Position numbers and translations under genes: made by a program
Part shown: positions 20,732-31,265 of the stretch, piece after piece
Layout: every line of letters begins with the position of its first letter
Position numbering within the stretch: position 1 is the stretch's first letter
The notes under the pieces: generated by a model
What the model was told of the DNA's origin: nothing
Seen by the model: only the letters and a program-made list of their open reading frames with translations
Database searches by the model: none
Source: an uncultured Planctomycetaceae bacterium
GTDB taxonomy: Bacteria > Planctomycetota > Planctomycetia > Isosphaerales > Isosphaeraceae
DNA length: 64,000 nt
Direction: 5' to 3'
Assembly: GCA_963833985.1 (NCBI GenBank)
Contig: CAWIAD010000001.1
Span: 3,392,001-3,456,000, forward strand

Positions 20732-21825
20732 ATGAAATTTGCGCACTTTTCGCACGTCTGGGCCAAGCCCGGCATGACGCCGCATGAGCGCTACGAACAG
20801 CTCTGGCGCGAACTGCAATTGTGCGACGAAACCGGTTTCGATTACGCCTTCTGCGTCGAACATCATTTCCGTCCCGACGAAAGCTGGATGTCGTCGCCGA
20901 GCCTCTATGCGGTCGGCGCCGGCGCCCGCACCAAGCGGCTGCGCGTCGGGCCGATGGGATACATCGTGCCGCTCTATCATCCGCTCCGCCTTGCCGAGGA
21001 GATCGCGCATCGTCGATCAGATGCTCGGCGGCCGGATGGAACTTGGCCTCGTTCCCGGCATCAATCCGGATTATTTCCGGCCGTTCGGTCTCGATTACGG
21101 AGCCAGCGCAAGTCGCCGACGCTCGAATTCGTCGATTATCTGCGCGCGGCCTTCGGCGAGACCCAGCCGTTCTCGTTTCACGGCGAGGCATTCCACACCG
21201 ATAGTGCCGAGCTTGCGGTCAAGCCGGTGCAGCGCCCGCATCCGCCGTTATGGATGATGAGCCGCGATCCGCAGACGCTGGAATTCTGCGCCAGGGAAGC
21301 GATCAATCCCGGCTATTTCCTGGTCTATCCGCGCGCCGACGCGGCGCCGCGCTATCGCAAGTTTCTGGACGACTGCAAGCGCACCGGCCGGACGACGAAG
21401 CCGCACATCGCCTACAGCTCGGTCGTGCTATGTCGACGAGACCGACGAGAAGGCGCTCGATACCGCGCTGTTCCGGGCGAGCCGCGCCTATGAGGGCTTT
21501 CTGGCGCCGCCGAAGCCGGGCGAGACTTTCGAGGAGCGCGCCGCCGCCTTCGCCAAGATGTTCGTCGGCCGCGGCGAGCCGGGCGCCTCGGAGATCATGC
21601 ATGAACGTGTTCAACCCCGATTATCTGCTCAAGCACGAGCTCGTCTTCATCGGCTCGCCGGAAACGGTCGCGGCCAAAATCCGCGCCGCCGCCACGGCGG
21701 GCGTGTTCGACACGTTCATGGGCGAATTCAATTTCTCCGACCTGCCGGAGCCCGATCTGATGCGCTCGATCCGGCTGTTCGGCGAGAAGGTGATCCCGGC
21801 GTTGCGCGGCTACGAGCCGTTTTGA
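20732..21825 (+). CDS. LLM-class (luciferase-like) flavin-dependent oxidoreductase; several frameshifts
   Basis: CVEHHF, YHPLRLAEE, GRMELG, PVQRPHPPLW, FIGSPETV, SIRLFGEKVIP. Confidence 0.87.
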
Positions 21826-21836
21826 TTTTTGCGGGG

Positions 21837-23190
21837 CTACTGCGCCTGCGCCAATTCGGGATGCGCCTTGAGCCGCGCGGTGTTGAGCCGATGGATGGCG
21901 AAGCATACGACGGCCGCGGCGGCGAAAGGCAGCGTCGACCACATGTAAAGCTGCTGGACCGGAAGGCCGACGAACAACGCGCCCGCGAGCGGTCCGACGA
22001 TCGAACCGATGCGTCCGAGGCCGAGCTGCCAGCCCGATCCGTTGGCGCGGAGCGACGTCGAATAGAGCATTGCGCCGACGACGTTGATGCCGATCTGGAC
22101 CCCGAGCACGATGAAGCCGGCGAAGAATGTCGCCGTCAGCAAGGCCGCTTCCGAGGTCACGCCGGCAAAGCCGATCGAGCCGACCACCGGGACCGCGAGC
22201 ACGAGGAGAAGCGAGATACCGAGGAAGCGATGCCGCTGCAGCCACCAGCAAAGACTCAATGCGCCGACAGTGCCGCCGATCTGCAGGAATGCGCGCGGCG
22301 AGCGCCGCGGTCGTCGGCGGCAGCTTGGCGGCGGTGAGCAGCGTCGGCGTCCAGCCCGACAGGAAGAAATAGCCCATCAGGTTGAGCGCGAAGAGGAGCC
22401 ACGACAGCGGGGTGATCAGCCACAGGCCGTCGCCGAACAGATAGAGCGGATTGGAGGATGGTGACTGCTTTTCGTCCTCGATGACAAAGCGGGCGTTCGC
22501 CGGCACGGCGAAACCGGGACGCAGCACGGCAATCAACCGTTCCATCCGCGGCCGCTGGCTCTCATGCAGCGCCATGTATTTGATCGATTCCGGAAGGCCG
22601 ACAATTGCGGCCAGCGCAATGACGATCGGCAGGATGCCGCCGACTTGAAAAATGATCTGCCAGCCATGGTGCGGCGCGAAAGCTGCGCTGATGAAACCGG
22701 CAAGCGCGCCGCCGAGCGGCACGCAGCCGACGGCGATGATCGGCAGCGTCGCGCGCGACTGCCGCGGCGCCGATTCCGTGCACAGCGCCACTACGTTGGG
22801 GATCACGCCGCCGATGCCCAATCCGGCGAAGAGCCGCAGCCAGAACAATTGCGTGAGGTCGGTCGAATAGGCGGCGGCGAATGTCAGCACGCCGAACAGC
22901 AGGTTGCCGCCGATCAGCGCCGGTTTGCGCCCGAAACGGTCGCCGACCCAGCCGAACAGCGCCGAGCCGAACAGCACGCCGATATTGCTGGCGCTGAGTA
23001 CCGGTCCGAGCGCACTGCGCGGAATACCCCACGAAGTGACGAGATGCGGGGCGGCAAACGCAATGGCGGCGATGTCGTAACCATCAATGATGGAGATCAG
23101 GATTGACCAGATGACGAGCCTGAGATGGAACGGGCTCAGTCCGCGCTCGTCGAGCAGACGGGAAACTTGCACCACCGCCTCGCCGGCCAT
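21837..23190 (-). CDS. MFS transporter, aromatic acid:H+ symporter-like; frameshift near 22295
   Basis: DGYDIAAIAFAAP, GDRFGRK, RLFAGLGIGG, LRANGSGWQLGLGRIGSIVGP. Confidence 0.88.
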
Positions 23191-23322
23191 CGTTTTCCCC
23201 CCTTGCCGTCTTTAGTTGGTGCCGATGGCGGCGCCGCTTTGTCCGCACGTTAGGCCAGCTGCTTGCCGAAGAAAAGCAACAAGACAGTCAGGTGCACATG
23301 CGCTGCGGGCGGCGATGGCGCG

Positions 23323-23838
23323 CTATTCGGCGATGACCCGCCCGAGGCCGTTACGGCGAGGCGATAAGCGCGATGCACGCGCTCCCGCGTGCCGGGTTTT
23401 CATATTGGCGTACATGCGCCGCAAGCCGGTTTTGAGGGCTGCTACCTCTTCCGGCCGCACACCGGCGATGGCGGCCGCTTCATATTCAAGCGCCAACGGG
23501 ATAAGGCGTTCGACTTGCGCTTTTCCTTTGCTCGTCAGTTTGACGACGACTTCACGTGTGCTGCTGGTGGAGCGGGTTCGCGTCACGAAGCCGAGCGTTG
23601 CAAGCCGCGTTACCAGACGCGAAAGCGTCGACGCGTCGATGCTCGTCAAGCCGGCAAGATCGATCTGGCGCTGTCCGCCCTTGCTGGCCAATGCCGCCAT
23701 GACGCGCCACATGGCGATGCTCAGGCGATGTGGCGTAAGCGCTTCTGCGCCGAACTGCTCGGCAATGATGGTGCCGACCCGGTTCACGAGGTAGGGCAGG
23801 TAATTGTCGAGATCGAGCTTGGTGGAATCCTTCACGAA
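23323..23838 (-). CDS. MarR family transcriptional regulator (start uncertain)
   Basis: LDNYLPYLVNR, WRVMAAL, STLSRLV, REVVVKLTSKG. Confidence 0.85.
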   Translation of the reverse strand, partial: FVKDSTKLDLDNYLPYLVNRVGTIIAEQFGAEALTPHRLSIAMWRVMAALASKGGQRQIDLAGLTSIDASTLSRLVTRLATLGFVTRTRSTSSTREVVVKLTSKGKAQVERLIPLALEYEAAAIAGVRPEEVAALKTGLRRMYANMKTRHAGARASRLSPRRNGLGRVIAE

Positions 23839-23929
23839 CCTGAATATCCCTGGCGTGAACGGCCCTCGTCTAATTGAATTCCCCGTAGCGGTCAAAATCG
23901 GCCGCGCGGCGGGATGGTCTCCGCTATTT

Positions 23930-23958
23930 ATTGCATTTACAACAGATGCATTAACAAC
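23930..23958. promoter_or_regulatory. Putative tandem MarR operator
   Basis: ATTGCATTTACAAC and GATGCATTAACAAC, 15-bp period, between divergent marR and hydrolase. Confidence 0.5.
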
Positions 23959-24067
23959 TAACCTGCCAGCTGCGCTACGCGCCAGTTCGCGCTGACGACG
24001 GGTGGTGTATCGTTGCCGGGTTCCAAGGTCCGACAGAGACCGGAACCGAACCAGGGAGGAAAGCTAT

Positions 24068-24793
24068 ATGGCGACTTACGTACTCGTTCACGGTGCTTGG
24101 CATACCGGCGCCGAACTCGAACCCACCGCAGCGCCGATCCGTGCCGCCGGTCATGAAGTGCACACCCCGACGATTGCCGGCAACAAACCGGGCGATCCGA
24201 AGACGATCGGACTTAAAGACGCGATCAAATCGATCGTCGATTACCTCGCCGAGAAAAATCTGAAGGACGTCGTTCTGGTCGGGCACAGCTATGGCGGCAT
24301 GGTCATTACCGGGGTGGCCGATCAAGCGCCCGAAAGGATTCGCCGACTGGTCTACTGGAACGCCTTCGTTCCCAACAACGGTGAAAGCCTCAACGACATG
24401 GTGCCGCCGCCCTATGTCGCGCTGTTCGACGCGGTTTCGGCCCAGCGCGGCGACAGCTCGGTAGTGCTGCCGTTTCCGATCTGGCGCGAAGCTTTCATCA
24501 ACGATGTCGATCTTGCCGCCGCGCAGAAGGCCTACGACATCCTCAATCCGCATCCGGTGAAGACGTTCTCCGACAAGATTTCGCTCAAGACCAATCCGGC
24601 GGACATGCAGATCGCCAAGTCCTACATCAACTGCACCGAAGACACCTCGTTGCCGCATCACTATCCGTGGCATCCGCGGCTGTCGCAGAAGCTCGGACTG
24701 TTCCGGCTCGTACAAACGCCCGGCAGTCACGAGCTTTGTTTCTCAAATCCCAAGCGGCTGGCGCAGGCGATCATGGAGGCCGGTCGCGACTGA
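24068..24793 (+). CDS. Alpha/beta-fold hydrolase (esterase-like)
   Basis: VLVHGAWH, GHSYGG nucleophile elbow, PGSHE; RBS GGAGG. Confidence 0.9.
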   Translation: MATYVLVHGAWHTGAELEPTAAPIRAAGHEVHTPTIAGNKPGDPKTIGLKDAIKSIVDYLAEKNLKDVVLVGHSYGGMVITGVADQAPERIRRLVYWNAFVPNNGESLNDMVPPPYVALFDAVSAQRGDSSVVLPFPIWREAFINDVDLAAAQKAYDILNPHPVKTFSDKISLKTNPADMQIAKSYINCTEDTSLPHHYPWHPRLSQKLGLFRLVQTPGSHELCFSNPKRLAQAIMEAGRD

Positions 24794-24873
24794 TCCGGCG
24801 GTAAAAAGCAACTGAACAGGGGTGCGGCCCACAGGCCGCACCCCGCGGCAACACAGTGTCCGAGGAGAAAATC

Positions 24874-25947
24874 ATGGAATTCGGCTACTTCACGCTCAGC
24901 GACAACCACTACGCGAACAATACGCGCACTTCCAACCAGTTCGTCGCCGACATCACCGCCGAGGCGCTGCTTGCCGACAAGCTCGGGATGCATTCGGCGT
25001 GGATCGGCGAGCATCATTTCAACTCGCTCGGCGTCTTGTCGTGTCCGGATCTCGTGCTGACCTATGTCGCGGCCAACACCAAACGCATCCGGCTTGCTCC
25101 GGCGGTGACGGTACTGCCGCTGCATCATCCCATTCGCGTTGCCGAACAATGGGGCACGCTCGATCTGCTTTCTGGCGGTCGCGTCGATTTCGCCTGCGGC
25201 CGCGGCTACGACCAACGCGAATATCTGCCGTTTCACGTGTCCTTCGAGGACAATCAGGGGATTTTCGAGGAAGGCCTCGAACTCGTGCGCCGGCTTTGGC
25301 AAGCCGAGGACCGCATCTCGCACCACGGCAAACATTATTCGTTCGATGACGTGCGCATCACGCCTAAGCCGGTGCAGAAGCCGATCCCGACCTATGTCGG
25401 GTCGTTTTCAAAGCCGTCGATAGAGCTTGCGGCGCGATTGGGCTGCGGGCTGATCGTGGCGCCGTTCGCGGCGGCCATCAGCTATGGCGGGCTCAAGCAG
25501 GTCGCCGACCTTTATCACGAGACCTGCGCCAAACATGGCCAAAAGCCGGGCCGGCTGATGTGCAGCTACTTCACGCATTTCGCCGACAACAAGGCGCAGG
25601 AAGACGCGCAGCGCGCGCGGCAGATCCGCTACTATAAGGAATGCGTGATCCCGGCATTTCCCGGCGATCCGAAGACGGCGCCGCCGAGCTATCGCTATTT
25701 CGTCGGCATGGTCGAGCGGTTGCAGAAGGTCAAACCGGAGGACCTGACGGAAAACTCGGTGCTGCTCGGCTCGCCGGAGCGAATTACCGAGGTGCTGAAA
25801 AAAGTCGAGGCCGCCGGATTTGACGAAGTGATCCTCTATTTCAACGTCGGCTTGAAGCCGCACGGTCAGGTCAAGGACGAGATGGCGCGCTTCATGGCGG
25901 AGGTGGCGCCGGGCTTCGCCGGCGCGCACAAGGAACATGCGGCGTAG
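24874..25947 (+). CDS. LLM-class flavin-dependent oxidoreductase
   Basis: WIGEHHF, HHPIRVAEQW..LDLLSGGR, PKPVQKP, LLGSPE. Confidence 0.9.
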   Translation: MEFGYFTLSDNHYANNTRTSNQFVADITAEALLADKLGMHSAWIGEHHFNSLGVLSCPDLVLTYVAANTKRIRLAPAVTVLPLHHPIRVAEQWGTLDLLSGGRVDFACGRGYDQREYLPFHVSFEDNQGIFEEGLELVRRLWQAEDRISHHGKHYSFDDVRITPKPVQKPIPTYVGSFSKPSIELAARLGCGLIVAPFAAAISYGGLKQVADLYHETCAKHGQKPGRLMCSYFTHFADNKAQEDAQRARQIRYYKECVIPAFPGDPKTAPPSYRYFVGMVERLQKVKPEDLTENSVLLGSPERITEVLKKVEAAGFDEVILYFNVGLKPHGQVKDEMARFMAEVAPGFAGAHKEHAA

Positions 25948-26088
25948 TAGCGGTTACGGCGCAGCCTGACAAAAGAGCGGGACGACGCCCGCGGCTGGCC
26001 GGCGTCGTTCGACTTTGCGGGTACGTCTGTCCGGGGGCGTCTATATGACTCGTTAGGCGTCCCCAATTCACGGGGACGGGCCGCGGCC

Positions 26089-26646
26089 TTATTCGAAGAA
26101 CGACCGCATCGCTGTATGCTGCCTTCTTTGCTCCGTGAACCAGTCGCCGGACGTGCCTACGACTGTCTTTCTGGAGTTATCCTTTGCGGATCTGAGCTTC
26201 TTGGTCGCTGTCGGGGTATGCTGGGTCGCAGCCGACAAGCCAGCCTTCGGCGAATTTCGAACTTCGGTCACGCCATGTACGTTCGCCGCAGCGGGCGATC
26301 TTTGATCATCCATGGTGGAAGATGAACCCGCCTCGGCATGGCTGATCACCGTGGTCGCGACGCGATGATGGCGGGCCACGTGCCTGACGTGAGCTTTTGA
26401 ACAGGCCGGATGGAGAAAGGCGAAGGCAAAGTCGTCGCAATCCGGCGTCTGCGGCAAGCTGGACTGCACCCGCGCGATCCGTCGTGCAGTATGTACCGCC
26501 AACGGCGCTTGTTGATCGGTTGACGTGGCGGCCAATACCGGTTCGCCGTCAAGCATCTGCTGACCGACTGTCACCGCGGCGATCAGCACACCGATTGCGG
26601 TGCAGGCGAGGAGTGTTCGTTTATTCAATATGCGCGCGAGGGACAT
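26089..26646 (-). CDS. Hypothetical exported/membrane-anchored protein
   Basis: RBS GGAG before ATG 26646, N-terminal hydrophobic segment, Cys pair (CDDFAFAFLHPAC). Confidence 0.45.
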   Translation of the reverse strand: MSLARILNKRTLLACTAIGVLIAAVTVGQQMLDGEPVLAATSTDQQAPLAVHTARRIARVQSSLPQTPDCDDFAFAFLHPACSKAHVRHVARHHRVATTVISHAEAGSSSTMDDQRSPAAANVHGVTEVRNSPKAGLSAATQHTPTATKKLRSAKDNSRKTVVGTSGDWFTEQRRQHTAMRSFFE

Positions 26647-27121
26647 GCGGCCACACTCTCCTTGACGTCCGTCCCACAAAGGCGGAGCCAACAGCGCGCA
26701 CGCTAGGAAGATAGAAACGACCCCTCCATTGAACTAAGGTCGCCGCGCACTGTCGAAACGGATGGAGAGCCAATACGAAGGTATCGGTGCCGTTGGCGTT
26801 TACACGACCCGCTTTTCAAAACGGAATTTATGCCGAGCAAAAATAGTCCGTTATCGCGCGGCGCGATTTTCAATTAACAAACGATAGGAAAAACGCTTCC
26901 TGGCCAATCTGCTCGCCGATCGGCATCGGTCTTCGTTCGGGAAATTCCCCCCATCGGAACAGCCGCGGCGGTCATAAATCTGTGTCATTAATGCAACAGC
27001 CGGGAAGCTTTTAGAAACCGATATGAAGTCAGCCCACTTTTGAACAAAATTAACTAAAACTCTGAGACCATCGGGGAACGCCTGCCGAGCATCTGTGACT
27101 TGAGGTCTCGGGGGGCGACGG

Positions 27122-27328
27122 ATGGAGCGTCTCATGAAACACGGCTTCGCAACTCATCAGCTGCCCGATGAGTACTTTGTCCTTCAAATGGATGGACGAG
27201 TGAAATCGGGACATCGTCGCTTTGTCGACGCATTGCGAGCGGCTCTGCAACTGAGAGAACAATTTCCAAATCACGACGTCAAAGTGCGGGCTGCGCAGTC
27301 GAGCGTGGCTGCAGAAGTGATGCATTGA
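27122..27328 (+). CDS. Small hypothetical protein
   Basis: 68 aa, GGGGG RBS, protein-like composition (YFVLQMDGRVKS..LQLREQFPNHDVKVR). Confidence 0.6.
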   Translation: MERLMKHGFATHQLPDEYFVLQMDGRVKSGHRRFVDALRAALQLREQFPNHDVKVRAAQSSVAAEVMH

Positions 27329-27526
27329 GCCGATAGCGGCTCGGCCTGGTCAGCGAACGTTTGCGTTTCGCTGCTATCGATTCGCGCCATTGGCCGCCGC
27401 TTGCGCACTGGCGGGAGCATGGGGCGATCTCCTCCCTGCGCTCTAAGCCAATAGCCGTACCGCACGCCGTGATCGCTTGAACTTGTGTCGGTTAGGCTTG
27501 CGGGTAGGTGGCTGATAACGCCCGCG

Positions 27527-28696
27527 CTACCGGCGTCGCCGCAACCGCCCCACGATTTCCTGCGGCAGGAACGTCACGATCAGCACGAACAGAATGCCCA
27601 GCCACAGCAGCCAGCGGTCCGGGTGAAACAACGCCGACATGAGCGGCATCCCGGCGGTCGCACTGCTCACCGCGTTGAGCGCATTCTCCAAATAGTATTC
27701 AGCAAGGACGACGACGATGGAGCCGACGACGGCGCCATAGAGGGTTCCCATGCCACCGATCACGATCATCAAGAGGATGTCGATCATCAGCGAGAACGAC
27801 AGCGTGGCTTCGGGGCCGTTATAGCGCAGCACCAGCGCCATCAACCCGCCGGCCAGCGACGCCATCACGGCGGAAATGATGCAAATCCAGGTGCGATAGG
27901 CGACGACGCGGTAACCCATGGCCTCGACCCGGAACTCGTTCTCGCGGATGGCGCGAAGCACCAGGCCGAACGGCGAGTTGACGATGCGCAGCATGATCAG
28001 GAACAGCACCAGCGAAACCGCGAAGGTGATGTAGTAGGTGATGACCCGGCCGTTGATCAGCACTCCCATCACAGGATCGTGGAACAGCCGGAAGCCGGGT
28101 TTCAGTATCGCCGGCACCGCGAAGGTCAGACCATCTTCGCCCCCGGTGAGACTTCGCCATTGCTCGGCGACGATCTGGGCGAAGCTGGCGACGGCAAGCG
28201 TTATCATCGAGAAGAAAATCGTACGGAGCCGAAGGCTCAAGAGGCCGATCACCGCCGCGATCAGCATCGACACTACGGCGCCGGCCACGGCGCCGAGCAT
28301 TACGGCGCCCCAGCCGACCCAGCCTTTGGCCAGCATGATGGCGACCCCATAGGCGCCGATCCCGAAGAACATCGTATGCGCGAACGAGACGATGCCGGTG
28401 AAGCCGAGCATGAGGTCGTAGCTCGCTACCAGGATCACGAAAATGCAGATGCGCGAGGCGACGCCGAGCGCTTTGGTGCCCGGAAACAGGAACGGCGCAA
28501 ACGACAGCACCGCGAGGAGCACCAGGAGCGTCACGTTCAGAAGGGCGCGGCCCGGCGGGTCGTCCGACACAATCCAGCTCAGCCACGAAAAGCGGCGGCG
28601 AACGCCGGGGGATGCGGGAACCGTTGTGCGGGACGCCGCGCCGGCAAGCTCGCTGCCGGCGGCTGCCTCAAGCGTCTCGTTGATCTGCGCCGCCAT
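27527..28696 (-). CDS. livM: Branched-chain amino acid-type ABC permease (LivM-like)
   Basis: GFTGIVSFAH, TGGEDG, SPFGLVLRAIRENE, GGMGTLYG. Confidence 0.88.
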   Translation of the reverse strand: MAAQINETLEAAAGSELAGAASRTTVPASPGVRRRFSWLSWIVSDDPPGRALLNVTLLVLLAVLSFAPFLFPGTKALGVASRICIFVILVASYDLMLGFTGIVSFAHTMFFGIGAYGVAIMLAKGWVGWGAVMLGAVAGAVVSMLIAAVIGLLSLRLRTIFFSMITLAVASFAQIVAEQWRSLTGGEDGLTFAVPAILKPGFRLFHDPVMGVLINGRVITYYITFAVSLVLFLIMLRIVNSPFGLVLRAIRENEFRVEAMGYRVVAYRTWICIISAVMASLAGGLMALVLRYNGPEATLSFSLMIDILLMIVIGGMGTLYGAVVGSIVVVLAEYYLENALNAVSSATAGMPLMSALFHPDRWLLWLGILFVLIVTFLPQEIVGRLRRRR

Positions 28697-28703
28697 CGCC
28701 GCC

Positions 28704-29699
28704 TCAATGATGCTCGGTTATCGGAAACAGACCGCGCGGCTGCCACAGCAGGATCAGCGCCATGAGCAAAATGTTCGATCCCAATGCCATTTTTGGCGCG
28801 AGGAAGGCGACATAGTTGCTCGTCAATCCGACCAGAATGGCGCCGATGAAGCAGCCGCCAACCGAACCGAGCCCGCCGATGATGAGAATGATGAACACGA
28901 GGATGGTCATGCTGTCGCCGATCTGACTGCCGACCACGGCCTGGTATTGCGCCCACATCATGCCGCCCATGCCGGCGAGTGCCGTGCCTGCCATGAACAC
29001 GCCGACGAATACGCGCCGGATGTGATAGCCGAGCGCCTGGATCATTTCGCGATCCTCGACGCCCGCCCGCACCACCAGTCCGAGGCGAGTGCGCGTCAAG
29101 AAAAGATGCATCGCCAAGGCAACCGCCAGACCGACACACAGCGCGAACAGCCGATAGGTCTCAATCGACGACGAGCCGATGAAAATACTGCCGCGCAGCA
29201 TGACAGGCTTCGGCAGCGGCAGGGCCTGCGGCCCCCAAATCACGATGACCAGTTGCTCGATGACGGTCAGAGCGCCGATCGTGATCAGGATCTGGCGCAG
29301 CGGCGCACCGTAGACCTGTCGAATGATGACGCGCTCGAAGACAAAGCCGAGCGCGCCGCTGGCAGCGGCGGCGGCAGCCAAGGCCACCAGCAACGCGGCG
29401 AGATTGAGAGTCAGCGAAAGCTCGTTGGTCCACCCGGCGAGCGGCCGCAGCACCGTGACGGCGATGTAGGCGCCGACGGTGACGAACGCCGCGTGGGCGA
29501 AATTGAGCACATCCATCAAGCCAAAAATCAGCGTCAGGCCGGACGCCACCATGAACAACATGACACCCATCGTCAGCCCGGCGACCGTCAGCGTCACCCA
29601 GGGCCCCGGTCCAATCGCCGGCAACGCCGCAACGACAACAAGCGGCGTCAGCGCATAGGGCGCCCAACGGTTCAATTGGCCGAGCCATTGCCTGCTCAT
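28704..29699 (-). CDS. livH: Branched-chain amino acid-type ABC permease (LivH-like)
   Basis: ASGLTLIFGLMDVLNFAH, TRLGLVVRA, IIGGLGS. Confidence 0.88.
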   Translation of the reverse strand: MSRQWLGQLNRWAPYALTPLVVVAALPAIGPGPWVTLTVAGLTMGVMLFMVASGLTLIFGLMDVLNFAHAAFVTVGAYIAVTVLRPLAGWTNELSLTLNLAALLVALAAAAAASGALGFVFERVIIRQVYGAPLRQILITIGALTVIEQLVIVIWGPQALPLPKPVMLRGSIFIGSSSIETYRLFALCVGLAVALAMHLFLTRTRLGLVVRAGVEDREMIQALGYHIRRVFVGVFMAGTALAGMGGMMWAQYQAVVGSQIGDSMTILVFIILIIGGLGSVGGCFIGAILVGLTSNYVAFLAPKMALGSNILLMALILLWQPRGLFPITEHH

Positions 29700-30430
29700 A
29701 GGCTGTCCGCCATGCTCAGCCCCAGCAACCGATGCTGCAATGCGTGGTTGGCGCCGAGCGCCATCATGTCGCCGGTATGAACGGTATGTCCTTCATCCAT
29801 CACCGCGACGTCGTCGCCGACGGCTTCAGCGACACGAAAATTCTGCTCGACCAGCAGGATGGTCGTGTGCTCGCGCTTGAGCCGCAGCAGCGCCTCGACC
29901 AGCTGATCGACCATCGCCGGCGACAAGCCCTTGGTAGGCTCGTCGATCAGCAGCAACCGCCGCTGTTCGACGATGGCGCGGCCGATCGCCAGCATTTGTT
30001 TCTGTCCACCCGACAGCGAGCCCGCGGGTGATTCCCATTTCATCTTCAGCGCCGGAAAGCTTTCGAGCGCGCGCTGCAAATGTTCCTCGTCGAAGCCGCG
30101 GCGCCCGGTGGCGAGCAGCATATTCTCGCGCACCGTCAACTTGCCGAAGATGCCCATATTCTCCGGCACGTAAGCGATCCCCAACCGGGCGATGTGCGGC
30201 GTGTCGAGTGCAGTGATCGGCCGGCCGTCGAAAATGATCTTGCCCAGTCGGGCCTTCCACAGGCCCATGATGGTGCGCAAAGTCGTCGTCTTGCCGGCGC
30301 CGTTGCGGCCGAGCAGCATGGTCACCCGTCCGCGCCGGGCGGCGAGAGTGACGCCATGCAGAATGCGGTAGCGGCCGATGTTGGTATAAACGCCGTCGAG
30401 CCGGAGCAAGGTGTCGTCGGCGTCAGTCAT
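29696..30430 (-). CDS. livF: ABC ATP-binding protein (LivF-like)
   Basis: GRNGAGKTT, LSGGQKQM, LIDEP. Confidence 0.9.
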   Translation of the reverse strand: MTDADDTLLRLDGVYTNIGRYRILHGVTLAARRGRVTMLLGRNGAGKTTTLRTIMGLWKARLGKIIFDGRPITALDTPHIARLGIAYVPENMGIFGKLTVRENMLLATGRRGFDEEHLQRALESFPALKMKWESPAGSLSGGQKQMLAIGRAIVEQRRLLLIDEPTKGLSPAMVDQLVEALLRLKREHTTILLVEQNFRVAEAVGDDVAVMDEGHTVHTGDMMALGANHALQHRLLGLSMADSL

Positions 30431-31218
30431 GGCCGTGATCCACGCCGCATTTCGCCGGCGCCGTGAACGCCCAGATAGGCTTGCTGCACAATCGGCAGCG
30501 CCACGACCTCCGCCGGCGGGCCGTCGGCGATCAACATCCCATCCTGCAAAACGATGATGCGGTCGGCGAGGCGCGTCACCACGTCCATCCGGTGCTCGAC
30601 CAGCAGAACCGTCTTGTGGGTTTCCAATTTTATTCCTTCGATCAGGTCGAGGATCGTCGGTATCTCATCGAGGCTCATTCCGGCGGTGGGTTCGTCGAAC
30701 ATCAGGACGCGTGGCTTAAGCGCCAGCAGGATCGCCACTTCCAGCTTGCGCTGATCGCCGTGCGACAGCGCCGCCACCGTCAGATCCGCGCGCGGCGTAA
30801 GCTTGACGCGGTCCAGCCAATGCCGCGCTTCGTCGCGCACGACGGTGTTGCGCGCCGCGATGCTGAGAAAATCGAAGCGGATTTGCGCGACTGATTGCAC
30901 GGCGAGCCGCACGTTTTCGAATACCGTGAGGCTCGGATAGAGGTTGATGAGCTGGAAGGCGCGGCCGAGTCCGAGCCGGGTGCGTTGCGGCGCGCCGAGC
31001 CGGGTGATGTCCCTGCCAAACAGGCTCACGGTGCCGTCCGTCGGCCGCAATTGTCCCGAGATAAGATTGAAGTAGGTGGTCTTGCCGGCGCCGTTGGGGC
31101 CGACAATCGCCGTCAGGGTGCCCCGATGGAAGGCGCAGGTCACCGAATTTACCGCGACCTGGCCGCCGAAACTGATCGTCAGATCGCGGGTCGATAGCGC
31201 AGGCACGTCGTCGGTCAT
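30427..31218 (-). CDS. livG: ABC ATP-binding protein (LivG-like)
   Basis: GPNGAGKTT, LSHGDQR, FDEPTAG, VQQAYLG. Confidence 0.9.
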   Translation of the reverse strand: MTDDVPALSTRDLTISFGGQVAVNSVTCAFHRGTLTAIVGPNGAGKTTYFNLISGQLRPTDGTVSLFGRDITRLGAPQRTRLGLGRAFQLINLYPSLTVFENVRLAVQSVAQIRFDFLSIAARNTVVRDEARHWLDRVKLTPRADLTVAALSHGDQRKLEVAILLALKPRVLMFDEPTAGMSLDEIPTILDLIEGIKLETHKTVLLVEHRMDVVTRLADRIIVLQDGMLIADGPPAEVVALPIVQQAYLGVHGAGEMRRGSRP

Positions 31219-31265
31219 TCCGCGACCCTGCTCAGGAACCGGGAGCCCAACGCCCCATGCCCGTC

